DNA of 64,000 nt from positions 32,001-96,000 of the IMG/VR virus record IMGVR_UViG_3300023199_000051. One strand, written 5' to 3'. Origin of the DNA: a virus. Positions 52,401-61,199 of this stretch are shown one piece after another (positions within the stretch are counted from its first letter, which is position 1; each line of letters begins with the position of its first letter). The translations under genes and the position numbers were made by a program. The notes under the pieces are model-generated. The model worked only from the letters and a program-made list of their open reading frames with translations, was not told where the DNA came from and did no database searches.

Positions 52401-55400
52401 AGATCCTCACTCCACCCCTTGATCTGGCGTTCAAGATCCTTGATCTTCTTGTCTAGCTTCTTGATGTCTGGGTGATCCTCGTCGAGGTAGCGGATGTCCT
52501 CTTGCCTCTCCTCTCGACGCTCGGCAAGCTCCTCCTGAGCGTTGTCGATGCGCCGTTGTGTCAGCCTGCGGTCTGCCGCTTCGAGTCCGAGCTTGTACTG
52601 GAACCAGAAGACCTGGCTTAGGATGTCGTGGATGGAGCTGTCCTCCATGGCCACGTCGTCGAGGAAGTTGCTGTAGGGGACCATCAAGAGGTCGTAGTCC
52701 CCCTGTGCAAAGCGGTTCCACTTCACGCGCCGCTCATCAGCTGTGTCGTCTCGTGGCGCTCCAGACGTGGAGGGTGTGATGCCGATGACGCCGATACGGT
52801 AGTCTGGCAGCAGCTTGCGCGCTTCGCTGTACCAGGTAGGCAGCACGCTGTTCGGAGACACGATGATGGGCCGCTGCACCTTGCCGTCCTGCCGGAGCTT
52901 CGCAGCTGCGGCCAGAGCCGTAAACGTGTTGTGCAGGATGAGGCCGCCCGCACCTCCGACATAGTTCTTGTCGTCGTAGGCGCCTGCATCAACTTCGATG
53001 TCGTAGACAAAGCCTCCCACCTGCCCCTGCTCTACGGACGCAACACGCTCGAAGCAGAACCCGGAGTCGACTAGCGCTTCAAGGCGGTTTGCGGCATCAA
53101 GCAGACGATCCCCGCAGAGCACCAGCGACTCATGTGTCTGCTGGTTGCGCCAGTTGCTCGATGCTGCGTACCGCGCAATCCCAAGCTCGGAGGCTTCCGC
53201 CCGCCACTGCTGCACGAGACCCTGCGCGCGTTCCACCGAGATCGTCTCGACTCCGGCCTTGGGTACATTGCCGTGACCGTAGAGCCAGGCACGCCGGAAT
53301 CCGGCCTCCAGCAGCTCGTCCACCAGATCGCGGATGGGGATCCCCACGTTCGGGTTTCGGGTCTTTGACACCAGCTTGCCGAGGGCAGCCTGCTTGTAGT
53401 CGACGCCGAAGCCGACGTGCTTGTGGAAAGCTACGGCGTCCTCACCACTGAACGTGATCCGCCAGTAGTCGTTGTGTTCGTAGCCCTTGACCCGCTTGTA
53501 CTTCAGCGACGATCGGACGCCGAAGCGCAGCAGCATGTACTGTACCTGCTCCAGCAGCAAGCGTGATGCAGACAGCACCTCAACGACATCACCCGTGCAG
53601 GACCCCTCAGCGTCGAAGAAGGCACGAGTCAGCGTTGCGAGCAGATCGTCAGGGAGCAGAGGCAGCCAGGGAGGCAGCTCACGGCCCGCGGAGAGCACTC
53701 CCCACTTGAAGCCCAGGGCTTCCGCCTCCTGCCGGTATGCCTTGGAGCTGATCTCCAGGTAGGGCACGTACTTTCCGTCAGCGGGCGTGCGGATGTGACC
53801 CGAGGTGGAGTCGGGGTAGCACCGCCGGAAGCGAGCTTGCAGGTCTTCCAGGAGTCCGGGCAAGAGCTTCTGCGTGATGGTCGTTGTGTGGCTCGTCTGG
53901 ACGCTCGGGCTTGCTTCGCGGTCGTGCCCCTCCGCAACCTGCCAGACCATCAGGAGGGCCAGATCTTCAAGCCGCTGCGGGTCGAGGTGCGCTACCTGGG
54001 CCGGAAGAGCGGGAGGGGGTGTCAGCCGCTTGGGCACCGCCAACCAGTCTCCCGCTTCGATCTCCCCGGTCGGCACCCACGTGACACAGCCATCACGTAC
54101 GACAGGCAGCGGGTGGGCGCTGGTGGGCTCTACGCGGCATCCGCGGGTGGTCTCCAGGACACGCAGAGCCTCGTGATCCGAGATGCGCTGTCGGTATAGA
54201 CGACGCACGGGGCGCCAGGAGGCGGCACCGTCTTGCCCGTGCGCAAGCACCTTCAAATCAGCAGGAGGTAGGAGCACCAGCTCATCCTCTGGCCCTTCCA
54301 GGTGGTCTCCGAATAGGGAGCCGATGGTGACCAGGCCCGTGTTGCAGGCGAGGAGTGTGTCCTTCTCGACGCACTTGCCCAGACCGACATCGAATGCAAG
54401 GATTCCACCCCGCTTATCTGCGACCATACGAGCTCCAGAGTTCTGGTGGGGGTGCAGTATGTAGGTAGGTGCCATCCGCGCGATGTCAATTGGGCTGTCA
54501 TCGTACTCGGGGGGCACGAAACCCCGGTAGAGCCGGTTGTAGCGATCTTCGACCAACTGCCGCCACTCCAGCTGCCCCGCGAGCCAGGAGGCGAACGCCG
54601 TCTCCAGCTCCTGATCAGCCTGCATCCTTGCTTCCATGTCGGCCGTCTCGTAGCGCCTCGTCTTCTTCGGGGCTGTCTCGTCCGGGTCCGTCATCTCCAG
54701 CTGGCGGTTGTAGTAGCCCAGGAAGAAGAGCAGCCACTTGTGCTGCAGCGCCTCCCCTCTGCGGCCTCGGTCGAGGGAGTCGTTCGTCCTTGCACGCAGC
54801 ACGCCGCTCTCTTCGAACAGCTCGATGTTGGGGTGGCCACCCAACTCCTCCTGGAGCGTGTCATTGACGAAGTCTTGGAGTAGCTGGTACGGCTTAGCCG
54901 CATCGTCAAAGACGAGGTAGCCGGCCCGGATGTTCGGGTCGATATCCGACAGCGTCTTCGGATCGATCGTGGTGAGCAGCGCCTTCTTCTGCGCTTCCAG
55001 CTTCTGCCGCACATCGAAGGCCACCTCGCCGGCCAGCAGCGCGTTGACGGCATCGAGGCGCTTGTAGAGGGCGCCTGTGAGGTACTGCTCCAATCGGTAG
55101 TAGCTGTATGAGCCATCGGACTGCAGCTCGATCGCCACATCCGACCTTGCCACTAGCACCTCGAACGCCCCTACCGCCGAGTGGTGGCGCTCCAGATCCT
55201 TCTCGGTGCACACGCCGTTGTGCTTGCTGTACCAGGTAACGATCTCGGTGACGGGAGATCCCGCATGGGGAGCGTTAGACTCTCGCACGGCCAGCTTCTG
55301 CGTGAGCATGGGTACAAGCTGCCCCGCCTTGCTGACGGCTGCGAGCAGCGGAGCGACCATGTCCCGGTACCCGATCAGCTCCTCGATGTCATGCGGGTTG

Positions 55401-56989
55401 CCGTGTTGCCCGAGGAACTGTTCGATGTCGGCCCGCAGCTCTTGCCGCCCCGCTTCAGCCTTGTCGGGGTTGGAGACCGCTACAGCCCGGAAGCGCCCCA
55501 GTCGCACGGCCAGCGCAGCTGCCTGCTGCACGACACCCGCGCCAGCGCTTCCGATCTGGACAAGCGCACGCTGTGCAGCACGCTGCACGTCTTGTGGTGT
55601 GATGGACGGGTCCGGCTCGTCGGGGAGGTCGACGGGTGCGGGGACCGGGGTGAGGGTTGTGTCTTCTGCCTCTTCTTCTGGTGTACTCTCTCGCCACTCC
55701 CGGATGGCATGGAACATGCCCTCGGTCAGCGGCCTGTCCACCATGTTCGCAACACGTTGCGGATCGAACAGCCCCTTGAGGATCGGACCATAGCGCCCCT
55801 TACCCCAGTGGCCCATGATGTTCTTCTGCCCGTCTTCCATCTCCAGGTAGTCACCTGCAATGATGCGCCGATCCTCCACGGTCAGCGACCGCTTGTAGGT
55901 GTCGGGGAGTCTCACCCAGGCATGGATGACGAAGTTGACCGTGGAGACGTTCGGGAAGACCGACTGCGGCACCAGCACACCGCCGGCAAAGTGGCACTTG
56001 TCGAAGAGGTGCTTGCGCATCTTGACGTGCTCGCGGTCCTCGCCTGTGACCTGGCCCATGGGCGTGATGGTGACCATGACGCCGCCGGGGGACAGCATGT
56101 CGGCACATCGCGCAGTGAAGTAGTTGTCGGGCTTGCGCCACTGCTTCCCGCCTGGGTCCTGCTTGCGGTGCTGCGCTGGACGTTCTTTGCCGTAGGGTGG
56201 GTTGGTGAGGATGAGATCGAAGCTGCGGCCCTCCTTCGAGGCCCGCGATGCGAATGCCTCGAACTCGGAGGGAAACACCTGTGCATTGCTGTACATGGCT
56301 TGCAGGAACTGGACGAGGAGCTTGTCATTCTCAACGGCTGTCCAGGCCACCCCCTCATCAACAGGGGTCGTGCGCATGAAGCGTCCGATGCCGGCCGCAG
56401 GTTCCAGCGCTGTCTGCAGCTTCACTGGAGCGATCTTCCGTGCAAGCGCCCACATGGCCCGGCACACATTCAGGCCCGTGAAATACTGGTTGGCAAGCCC
56501 GTAGAAGAGGTTGGTGGTGGGGACCTCCCACCCCTCCTCGCCAGGGGCGAGCTGCCGAGCGCGTCGGAACTGCGCAATCCCTTCTACGTACTCGGGGGAG
56601 AAGAGCACAGGGTCCTCGGGGAGCAGGCTGACCTTGATCCCGCCCCACCCGCTGAACGCCATGATGGACGCTCGCTCTTCTGGCGTGGGGACACTGCGTT
56701 GGGCCCCTTGCATCTGACGCAGTGCTCGTAGGGCACTGAGGTTGGCCTTGCGGCGCTTCGGCTCGGACCAGGCTTCGTAGTCTTCTCCTGGTGGTGGCGG
56801 CTCCAAGGGCCCCGTGTCAACAGGCAGCAGTCCCGCCACTTCCTGGAAGAGAGCCAGGCCGGTGTCGTAGTCCTTCCGCAGGTAGGCCGCGTATTCGTTG
56901 GCAGTCAACCCAGGTGCGACGTACTGATCCAGCTGCCCCAGCCAGGCAATGAAGTCATCGAATTGCTGGCGTGCGTCGACATCGGCCAC
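49436..56989 (-). CDS. DarB-like DNA methyltransferase + SNF2/SF2 helicase, intein-containing
   Basis: MTase LEPAAGIGRF..LTNPPYG. Helicase FDVGLGK/T, VVDEAH, LTATPLKN, AEGLNLQ, QRNGRGVRQGN. Confidence 0.9.
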   Translation of the reverse strand: MADVDARQQFDDFIAWLGQLDQYVAPGLTANEYAAYLRKDYDTGLALFQEVAGLLPVDTGPLEPPPPGEDYEAWSEPKRRKANLSALRALRQMQGAQRSVPTPEERASIMAFSGWGGIKVSLLPEDPVLFSPEYVEGIAQFRRARQLAPGEEGWEVPTTNLFYGLANQYFTGLNVCRAMWALARKIAPVKLQTALEPAAGIGRFMRTTPVDEGVAWTAVENDKLLVQFLQAMYSNAQVFPSEFEAFASRASKEGRSFDLILTNPPYGKERPAQHRKQDPGGKQWRKPDNYFTARCADMLSPGGVMVTITPMGQVTGEDREHVKMRKHLFDKCHFAGGVLVPQSVFPNVSTVNFVIHAWVRLPDTYKRSLTVEDRRIIAGDYLEMEDGQKNIMGHWGKGRYGPILKGLFDPQRVANMVDRPLTEGMFHAIREWRESTPEEEAEDTTLTPVPAPVDLPDEPDPSITPQDVQRAAQRALVQIGSAGAGVVQQAAALAVRLGRFRAVAVSNPDKAEAGRQELRADIEQFLGQHGNPHDIEELIGYRDMVAPLLAAVSKAGQLVPMLTQKLAVRESNAPHAGSPVTEIVTWYSKHNGVCTEKDLERHHSAVGAFEVLVARSDVAIELQSDGSYSYYRLEQYLTGALYKRLDAVNALLAGEVAFDVRQKLEAQKKALLTTIDPKTLSDIDPNIRAGYLVFDDAAKPYQLLQDFVNDTLQEELGGHPNIELFEESGVLRARTNDSLDRGRRGEALQHKWLLFFLGYYNRQLEMTDPDETAPKKTRRYETADMEARMQADQELETAFASWLAGQLEWRQLVEDRYNRLYRGFVPPEYDDSPIDIARMAPTYILHPHQNSGARMVADKRGGILAFDVGLGKCVEKDTLLACNTGLVTIGSLFGDHLEGPEDELVLLPPADLKVLAHGQDGAASWRPVRRLYRQRISDHEALRVLETTRGCRVEPTSAHPLPVVRDGCVTWVPTGEIEAGDWLAVPKRLTPPPALPAQVAHLDPQRLEDLALLMVWQVAEGHDREASPSVQTSHTTTITQKLLPGLLEDLQARFRRCYPDSTSGHIRTPADGKYVPYLEISSKAYRQEAEALGFKWGVLSAGRELPPWLPLLPDDLLATLTRAFFDAEGSCTGDVVEVLSASRLLLEQVQYMLLRFGVRSSLKYKRVKGYEHNDYWRITFSGEDAVAFHKHVGFGVDYKQAALGKLVSKTRNPNVGIPIRDLVDELLEAGFRRAWLYGHGNVPKAGVETISVERAQGLVQQWRAEASELGIARYAASSNWRNQQTHESLVLCGDRLLDAANRLEALVDSGFCFERVASVEQGQVGGFVYDIEVDAGAYDDKNYVGGAGGLILHNTFTALAAAAKLRQDGKVQRPIIVSPNSVLPTWYSEARKLLPDYRIGVIGITPSTSGAPRDDTADERRVKWNRFAQGDYDLLMVPYSNFLDDVAMEDSSIHDILSQVFWFQYKLGLEAADRRLTQRRIDNAQEELAERREERQEDIRYLDEDHPDIKKLDKKIKDLERQIKGWSEDLKAPSDNIIEQVRQDLENVRETKPFRPRRKPPREWSKSQRKAELIAFAKRKGLDLEHHPTETTSTGKPRKMKKKEIVAVLEERFPPPDYDGPVPVPPMITWEELRCDFLVVDEAHNFKNLWFAERRVGEDKIEFMGSGSGITIRAWDMFLKCQYLLGNHDDSGVCLLTATPLKNSPLEVYNLMSLVSRNVWSQRRVRNAEEFIDRYCGLEVEPSGDPATNEVVDQLAVTEFLHLDELRDIILAHTDRKLTNDPGMEVFAQKVPRVGNTGNVQVVVDMDDEQRHVVDTVKEVIKDLLAEEKERAQGAGESAQVGGIILRQMDMLSKSAFDVRLLREDIYKTQEVLAKARKINQQWDDYQEGKRKRRPSKKGLSSEKMASLQTKLDILTEVGIGRIAAKYAAKGTYPPKYMALVEKILVNPACGHIIFSDYTDTHEWMVDAIVANTRIPRDRIAFITGEQSKGERLVIADGFNGRSAIIDEQTGAVIQEALEPKYDVVIGTSGAMAEGLNLQARTCAIHHMTLPWEAATIQQRNGRGVRQGNSYQLVNVWYYITSKSFDGFKLNMVMGKQGWMESLWDDSVTEMNNPAAGMRVDRMELLIWIFASDESEARIKVEEYRETKAERLKIKRRKRARRAFVRLAEKYHEARAAKRADDTALYEARLESADRDAATIEKTYGEDIWPRMATVLEEVKKTAIYFNFKTGMILRAGDRVCLRSTSSVDGALHSNPKRVEVLKVDPKGTFFSYRKYGSAMVEHAKHPSALIGSTKTGMEGHVEKVPLEVCGGWDDAEERQAILGNGEIMRGPQVPAMSKVVVDRLGPDLWPAILRNAFRNIKGFGVTTRIVGALVSSYIGFLPLRRRADDLLVLLSGSQLRRIVRDTQRAAGERGLLQLKDLLEQDFELVVPADRWGSITEALRRDRARAIDTFGVDSRDLTLRPLSQTQDSNRLTSLARRWFSYSRRDLALGSAFTEMKRRSKLKQEVREAPASGV
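52928..54373 (-). mobile_element. Intein (482 aa) with LAGLIDADG homing endonuclease in the helicase Walker A motif
   Basis: GLGK|CVEKDTLL...GGLILHN|TFT; internal WQVAEG, AFFDAEGS and LLRFGVRS motifs. Confidence 0.92.
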
Positions 56990-57006
56990 GTCTCACCCTC
57001 CTGGCC

Positions 57007-57330
57007 TCACACCGCCTGGCGCCACTGGGTGATGAGCTTCCGCATGAGCGCGCGCCCTTCTTCATAGGAGATGGGGACGCTGATCTCGGTGATGAACCCA
57101 TCCTTGGGTACCCAGCCGTCCTTGGTGAGCTTGCGGTAGACCTTGTCCACCATGGGAGCACCGAGCGCTTCTACGAGCTGGTTGGCCGACACCATCCCCA
57201 TGCCCTCCACGTTGATGACAGGTGTGTCTGCGTCTGCAGCACCTGCCTTCTTGGTGAGGGTGGCGACGAACTTCGGAGCGTAGCGCTGCGTCCACAGCGC
57301 CTTGGCTTCTTCTCGGTACGGATCTGCCAT
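57007..57330 (-). CDS. Hypothetical protein
   Basis: GGAGG RBS before ATG 57330. Confidence 0.65.
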   Translation of the reverse strand: MADPYREEAKALWTQRYAPKFVATLTKKAGAADADTPVINVEGMGMVSANQLVEALGAPMVDKVYRKLTKDGWVPKDGFITEISVPISYEEGRALMRKLITQWRQAV

Positions 57331-57362
57331 CAAGCCCTCCTACAGGGAGACATCGTATCCCA

Positions 57363-58793
57363 CTACTCGATGGTGATCATGCTGGCGATGTCAGCCAGCG
57401 ACAGCGCGCCTCCAGCTGGCTGCGCAGCCCCTGCCGGTGCGGGAGGTGGCTTGGGCTTGCGCGACTTGCGCTTCGACTTCGGCCGCCGCGACCTTCGCGT
57501 CGACTTGCGCTTCGACTTCCTGCGCGTTGGCTTCGGAGGTGGTTCTTCTTCGGCCACTTCGACCGCCTTCATGGCTCGGTTGAACACGCCCCTGACCTTG
57601 CTGGTCAGCCTGGCCTTCGACATGGACCGCTTGAGAGCGCCGCGACCGCGACCGCTCTTGCTGCCCAGGTAGGCGGCAGCCTTCGTCTCGTTCTTGCCGC
57701 CATCGGTGGCATCGAGGTAGGCCTGCACGGCCGGCGTGTGCTTCTTCGTCTTGCGCGTCTTCGTCTTGCGCTTCTTCGTCTTGCGCTTCTTCGTCTTGCG
57801 CTTCTTCTTCGGCGGCTCTGGTGCGGCCTCGGCCTTCTTGAAGAGCGCCTTGAGCTTGTTGTGCTCCGTGCGCTTGAGCCGCGCTGCAGCCGATCGCTTG
57901 AGCGCTGTGATGCGAGCACCGGAGAGCTTGGCCACGTAGGCCTCTGCTGTGCCTCGGATGACGGCGTTGAGGTACTTCCCCAGCGCTGTCTTCTTCCCTG
58001 GCTCCTTGCCCTTCTTCGTGAACGGCGTGTACTTGTTGGCCTTCTTCGCCTTGGACTTCTTGGCCTGGCGCTTCGTCTTGCGCTTCTTCGCCTTCTTGCC
58101 CGCAGCCTTCTTCACACGGGCCAGCACTTGCGCTTCGGTGCGCTGCTTGCGCGCGACACCCTTGGGCTTCTCGTAGACGGGCGGAAAGCTGCCCAGCCGC
58201 TTGGCACCACGGCCGTTGCCGACAATGAGGCCTGCGACGACCTCGAAGTCCTTGGACGTAGCGACGTACTTCTTTCCGACACGGACGCCGATCTTCGTCA
58301 GCTCCAGGGCGCCGTTACGGGCCTTGAGTCCGACCCTGTTGTTCTTGATGGCGGTCAGCAGGTCCGCCCAGCTGTTGCGGGCCGTGAGAGCCCGGAGACG
58401 CTTCTTGGCGCTCTTGCCTCCAGCAGCTGCCTTGCCTCGGACGATGGTGCCGTTGGCCTTCTTGATGTAGCCGCGCGGCAGCTCACGACACCGCGGGCCC
58501 AGCAGGCCAGACTTCGGTTCGATGTCGATCGAATCCATCGATCCGTCGAGGGCGTAGACGGCTCGGTCGCCACCACCTGTCTGATCGGTGAAGGTAGCAT
58601 CGACGATGAAGCCGGCCTCGTGGGCAGTCTGGATGTCCTCCTTGAGGACCTTCTGCGCCTCGCCCTTCTTGAGGAAGGTGACCTCGTTGGTCTCCTTCCC
58701 CAGCTCCGAGGTGAGCCGCCACTTCCAGCGCTTCTTGCCCTTGTACTGCCCCCGGTAAGGGGAGAGGGTGAGGATGATCTTGCGAGCAGCCAT
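57363..58793 (-). CDS. Lys/Arg-rich histone-H1-like protein, paralog 1
   Basis: KKRKT repeats, strongly basic composition, small globular N-domain. Confidence 0.75.
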   Translation of the reverse strand: MAARKIILTLSPYRGQYKGKKRWKWRLTSELGKETNEVTFLKKGEAQKVLKEDIQTAHEAGFIVDATFTDQTGGGDRAVYALDGSMDSIDIEPKSGLLGPRCRELPRGYIKKANGTIVRGKAAAGGKSAKKRLRALTARNSWADLLTAIKNNRVGLKARNGALELTKIGVRVGKKYVATSKDFEVVAGLIVGNGRGAKRLGSFPPVYEKPKGVARKQRTEAQVLARVKKAAGKKAKKRKTKRQAKKSKAKKANKYTPFTKKGKEPGKKTALGKYLNAVIRGTAEAYVAKLSGARITALKRSAAARLKRTEHNKLKALFKKAEAAPEPPKKKRKTKKRKTKKRKTKTRKTKKHTPAVQAYLDATDGGKNETKAAAYLGSKSGRGRGALKRSMSKARLTSKVRGVFNRAMKAVEVAEEEPPPKPTRRKSKRKSTRRSRRPKSKRKSRKPKPPPAPAGAAQPAGGALSLADIASMITIE

Positions 58794-58872
58794 GTGGTGT
58801 CTCCGGTTGAGAGGTGGCCAAGGGGCGTAGAGGAGAGGGGACTCGGTACGAACGCCGAGTCCCTACGCCTCC

Positions 58873-59886
58873 CTACCGAGGCATCGGCAGCTTCTTCGCT
58901 CCGGTCTTGGTCCTGGCCTTCTTCTTCTGCGCGTCGGAGAACTTGCCCCACTTCTTCTTCGCCTTCGTCATGGCGACCTTGTGGGACACGCCCTTCTTCG
59001 CCTTGACAGCCGCCACGTAGTTGTTCCACTGCTTGAGGGCAGGTGGCAGCTTGCGCTTGCCGCTCTTCTTCTTCTTGCGGCTCTTGCTCTTGCTCTTGCC
59101 AGTCAGGCTCGGCAGCGATGTCTTGGACGAGCGGCGCTTCGTTGTCTTGCGCTTGCGGGTCGACTTGCGCTTCGAGGAGCCCTTGACCATGCTTCCGGCT
59201 GCCTTGGCAGCCTTGATGGTCGTGATCTTGCCTCCCTTCTTCGCCCGCTTCCAGGTCGCGCTGACTTGCTTCCGGGTGGCTCCCTTGGCGTACGCTGCCT
59301 TGGAGAAGGCGGCGTAGCGCTTCTGGCCTGCGCTGCGCCCGCTGCGCTTGCTGCTCGACTTGCGCTTCGAGGTCTTCTTCTTGCTGCTCGACTTGCGCTT
59401 CGAGGTCTTCTTCTTCGGCAGGAGGCTCGACGCGGCGCCCTTGCCGCTCTTGTACTTCGCGTACTTCTTGCCGGCCTGCTTCTGGGTGTAGCCGCGCTTG
59501 GCCGCCATGGACCAGAACTTCGGCCACGACATCTTGCGCCCGCTGCCGCTGGTCTTCTTCTTGGACTTGCGCTTGCTGGACTTGCGCTTGCTGGACTTGC
59601 GCTTGCTCTTCGGGATCGACAGCGCCTCCGTCGTTGGCGCGCATCCCTTGACGGGTGTGTACTTGGTCTTGCTGACCACGTTGCCCTTCGCGTCCTTGAT
59701 GACAGCGGTGACGATGTAGTTCTCCGCCAGGAAGAGCTTGATGGACTTGGTCAGCTCGCGCTGGCACGACTTCTGGGACTTGCAGATCTGGGCTTCGTAT
59801 CCCGACCGAATCTCGTAGCCGGTCCGGCTGCCCTTGCTGTTGAATCGTGGGCCAGCGTAGATGGTGGCGGACTTGCGACGGGCCAT
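58873..59886 (-). CDS. Lys/Ser-rich histone-H1-like protein, paralog 2
   Basis: SKRKS and KKKTSKRKSSS repeats; N-domain similar to paralog 1. Confidence 0.75.
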   Translation of the reverse strand: MARRKSATIYAGPRFNSKGSRTGYEIRSGYEAQICKSQKSCQRELTKSIKLFLAENYIVTAVIKDAKGNVVSKTKYTPVKGCAPTTEALSIPKSKRKSSKRKSSKRKSKKKTSGSGRKMSWPKFWSMAAKRGYTQKQAGKKYAKYKSGKGAASSLLPKKKTSKRKSSSKKKTSKRKSSSKRSGRSAGQKRYAAFSKAAYAKGATRKQVSATWKRAKKGGKITTIKAAKAAGSMVKGSSKRKSTRKRKTTKRRSSKTSLPSLTGKSKSKSRKKKKSGKRKLPPALKQWNNYVAAVKAKKGVSHKVAMTKAKKKWGKFSDAQKKKARTKTGAKKLPMPR

Positions 59887-59927
59887 GTGGTGCCTCCGGC
59901 ATCAGAAACAGAGTAGTAGGTGCCGGA

Positions 59928-59956
59928 AGCATAGCGTGGGCACTGAGCCAAAGCAA
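59928..59956 (-). promoter_or_regulatory. Sigma70-like promoter TTGCTT-N17-TATGCT
   Basis: -35 at 59956-59951 and -10 at 59933-59928, upstream of ATG 59886. Confidence 0.55.
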
Positions 59957-59964
59957 GCGATAAG

Positions 59965-60001
59965 CCGCGTAGTATGCGCCTTTTGGGCTCATACTACGCG
60001 G
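59965..60001. repeat. 12-bp perfect inverted repeat CCGCGTAGTATG/CATACTACGCGG
   Basis: Arms at 59965-59976 and 59990-60001 with a 13-nt spacer; intergenic. Confidence 0.9.
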
Positions 60002-60020
60002 TGCACAATGCACCTTGCCT

Positions 60021-60896
60021 CTACCTCTGGGTGAGGTCCTGGAACACCTTGTGCGCCTCGCGGATGACGTGCGCGACGGCTGCTCCAAGCTGCTCAGGCG
60101 GCGCCTCTACCTGGGAGAGGATGTCCGGCTCGGGGTCCTCTTCGTCTCCAGCCAGGATCACTGCGACGCGGTAGCCGCCGTTGGTCTCCAAGGTGATGCC
60201 GATGTCCACGCCGGGCACAGCTTCTTGCGCAGCGGCGTGCAGATCGAGCCCCAGCTCGTCGAGAGCGCTGCCGAGATCACCCCCTTGCTGCGGAGCGCCG
60301 CCCGGCTGCGGTTGGCCCATGCGCTGAGGCTGAGCGCCCAGCTGAGGCGGACGCCCGGCAGCACCTTGCGGAGCTGCAGGCGTTCCCCCCTTACGCATCA
60401 TGGCACCCAGCATCCCCATCGGGTTGCCACTGCCGCCCATGCCACCCATCATACTCATCATGTTGGCACCTGGACCGCCCCCCGGACTGCCGCCTGGAGC
60501 GGGACCGGGCATACCACCTGGGGCACGACCGGGCATGCCGCTCATCTGCGGCGACGGCGCAGCAGAGGGGGTCCCTACTGGGATCGGCCGGCCTGCACCC
60601 GCGTCGAGGGGAGGCCCCACGAAGGGGAGGCCCGAGCTACCTGCAGCTGGGGGTGCCTGCGGTGGGGCCTGATGCCCATGCTGCTGGGGCGCAGTTACTT
60701 GCGGATGGACGTGAGGTGGCAACTTCGGTGCACCTTGCTGCGGTGCACCTGTGACTGCCTCACCGAGGATCGCGCCCACCTGTGCGAAGTCCACATCCTC
60801 GCCGCGGGCCATCTTGCCCAGCTGGTCGAGCAATGCTCCGCTGTTGGCGCCGATTCTCTCGGCGTTCGATTGACTGAGTTCTGGAAGGTCGGACAT
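60021..60896 (-). CDS. Pro/Gly/Met/Gln-rich low-complexity protein with an acidic C-terminal domain
   Basis: GMPGRAPGGMPGPAPGG and MMSMMGGMGG tracts. Confidence 0.65.
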   Translation of the reverse strand: MSDLPELSQSNAERIGANSGALLDQLGKMARGEDVDFAQVGAILGEAVTGAPQQGAPKLPPHVHPQVTAPQQHGHQAPPQAPPAAGSSGLPFVGPPLDAGAGRPIPVGTPSAAPSPQMSGMPGRAPGGMPGPAPGGSPGGGPGANMMSMMGGMGGSGNPMGMLGAMMRKGGTPAAPQGAAGRPPQLGAQPQRMGQPQPGGAPQQGGDLGSALDELGLDLHAAAQEAVPGVDIGITLETNGGYRVAVILAGDEEDPEPDILSQVEAPPEQLGAAVAHVIREAHKVFQDLTQR

Positions 60897-60931
60897 CGGA
60901 TACCTCTCAATGAGGGTTCAAGACAGGCCCG

Positions 60932-61183
60932 CTACTCGGGCTCGATGATGGAGAACACGTTGACTGGCGGGGTTCCACGCTGAGGGCGCTCTTCGCTCTC
61001 CAGCAACCCCTCGTCGACCAGCGTCCGGCAGATTCGCCGGACGTAGCTTTCCTCCATTCCCAGCTCGGCAGCCATCGCGCCAGCGCTGGGAATGAGTAGC
61101 TTCTCGGATCGGAGCAGGTTTGCGATGCGTACGCCGGTGACGACGCCAGATCGCCTGGTTCGTTTCTTTCGGCCTTGGGCCAT
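60932..61183 (-). CDS. Winged helix-turn-helix DNA-binding protein
   Basis: SAGAMAAELGMEESYVRRICRTLVDEGLLE; GAGGG RBS. Confidence 0.65.
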   Translation of the reverse strand: MAQGRKKRTRRSGVVTGVRIANLLRSEKLLIPSAGAMAAELGMEESYVRRICRTLVDEGLLESEERPQRGTPPVNVFSIIEPE

Positions 61184-61199
61184 GAACACCCTCTTCGCT

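Noticed and set aside
57480-59610. DNA tandem repeats in the Lys-rich genes (15-nt and 33-nt units) and the 12-nt GRGP repeat at 6533-6576
   Set aside because: They are explained by coding low-complexity peptide repeats; there is no evidence of a separate DNA-level function.
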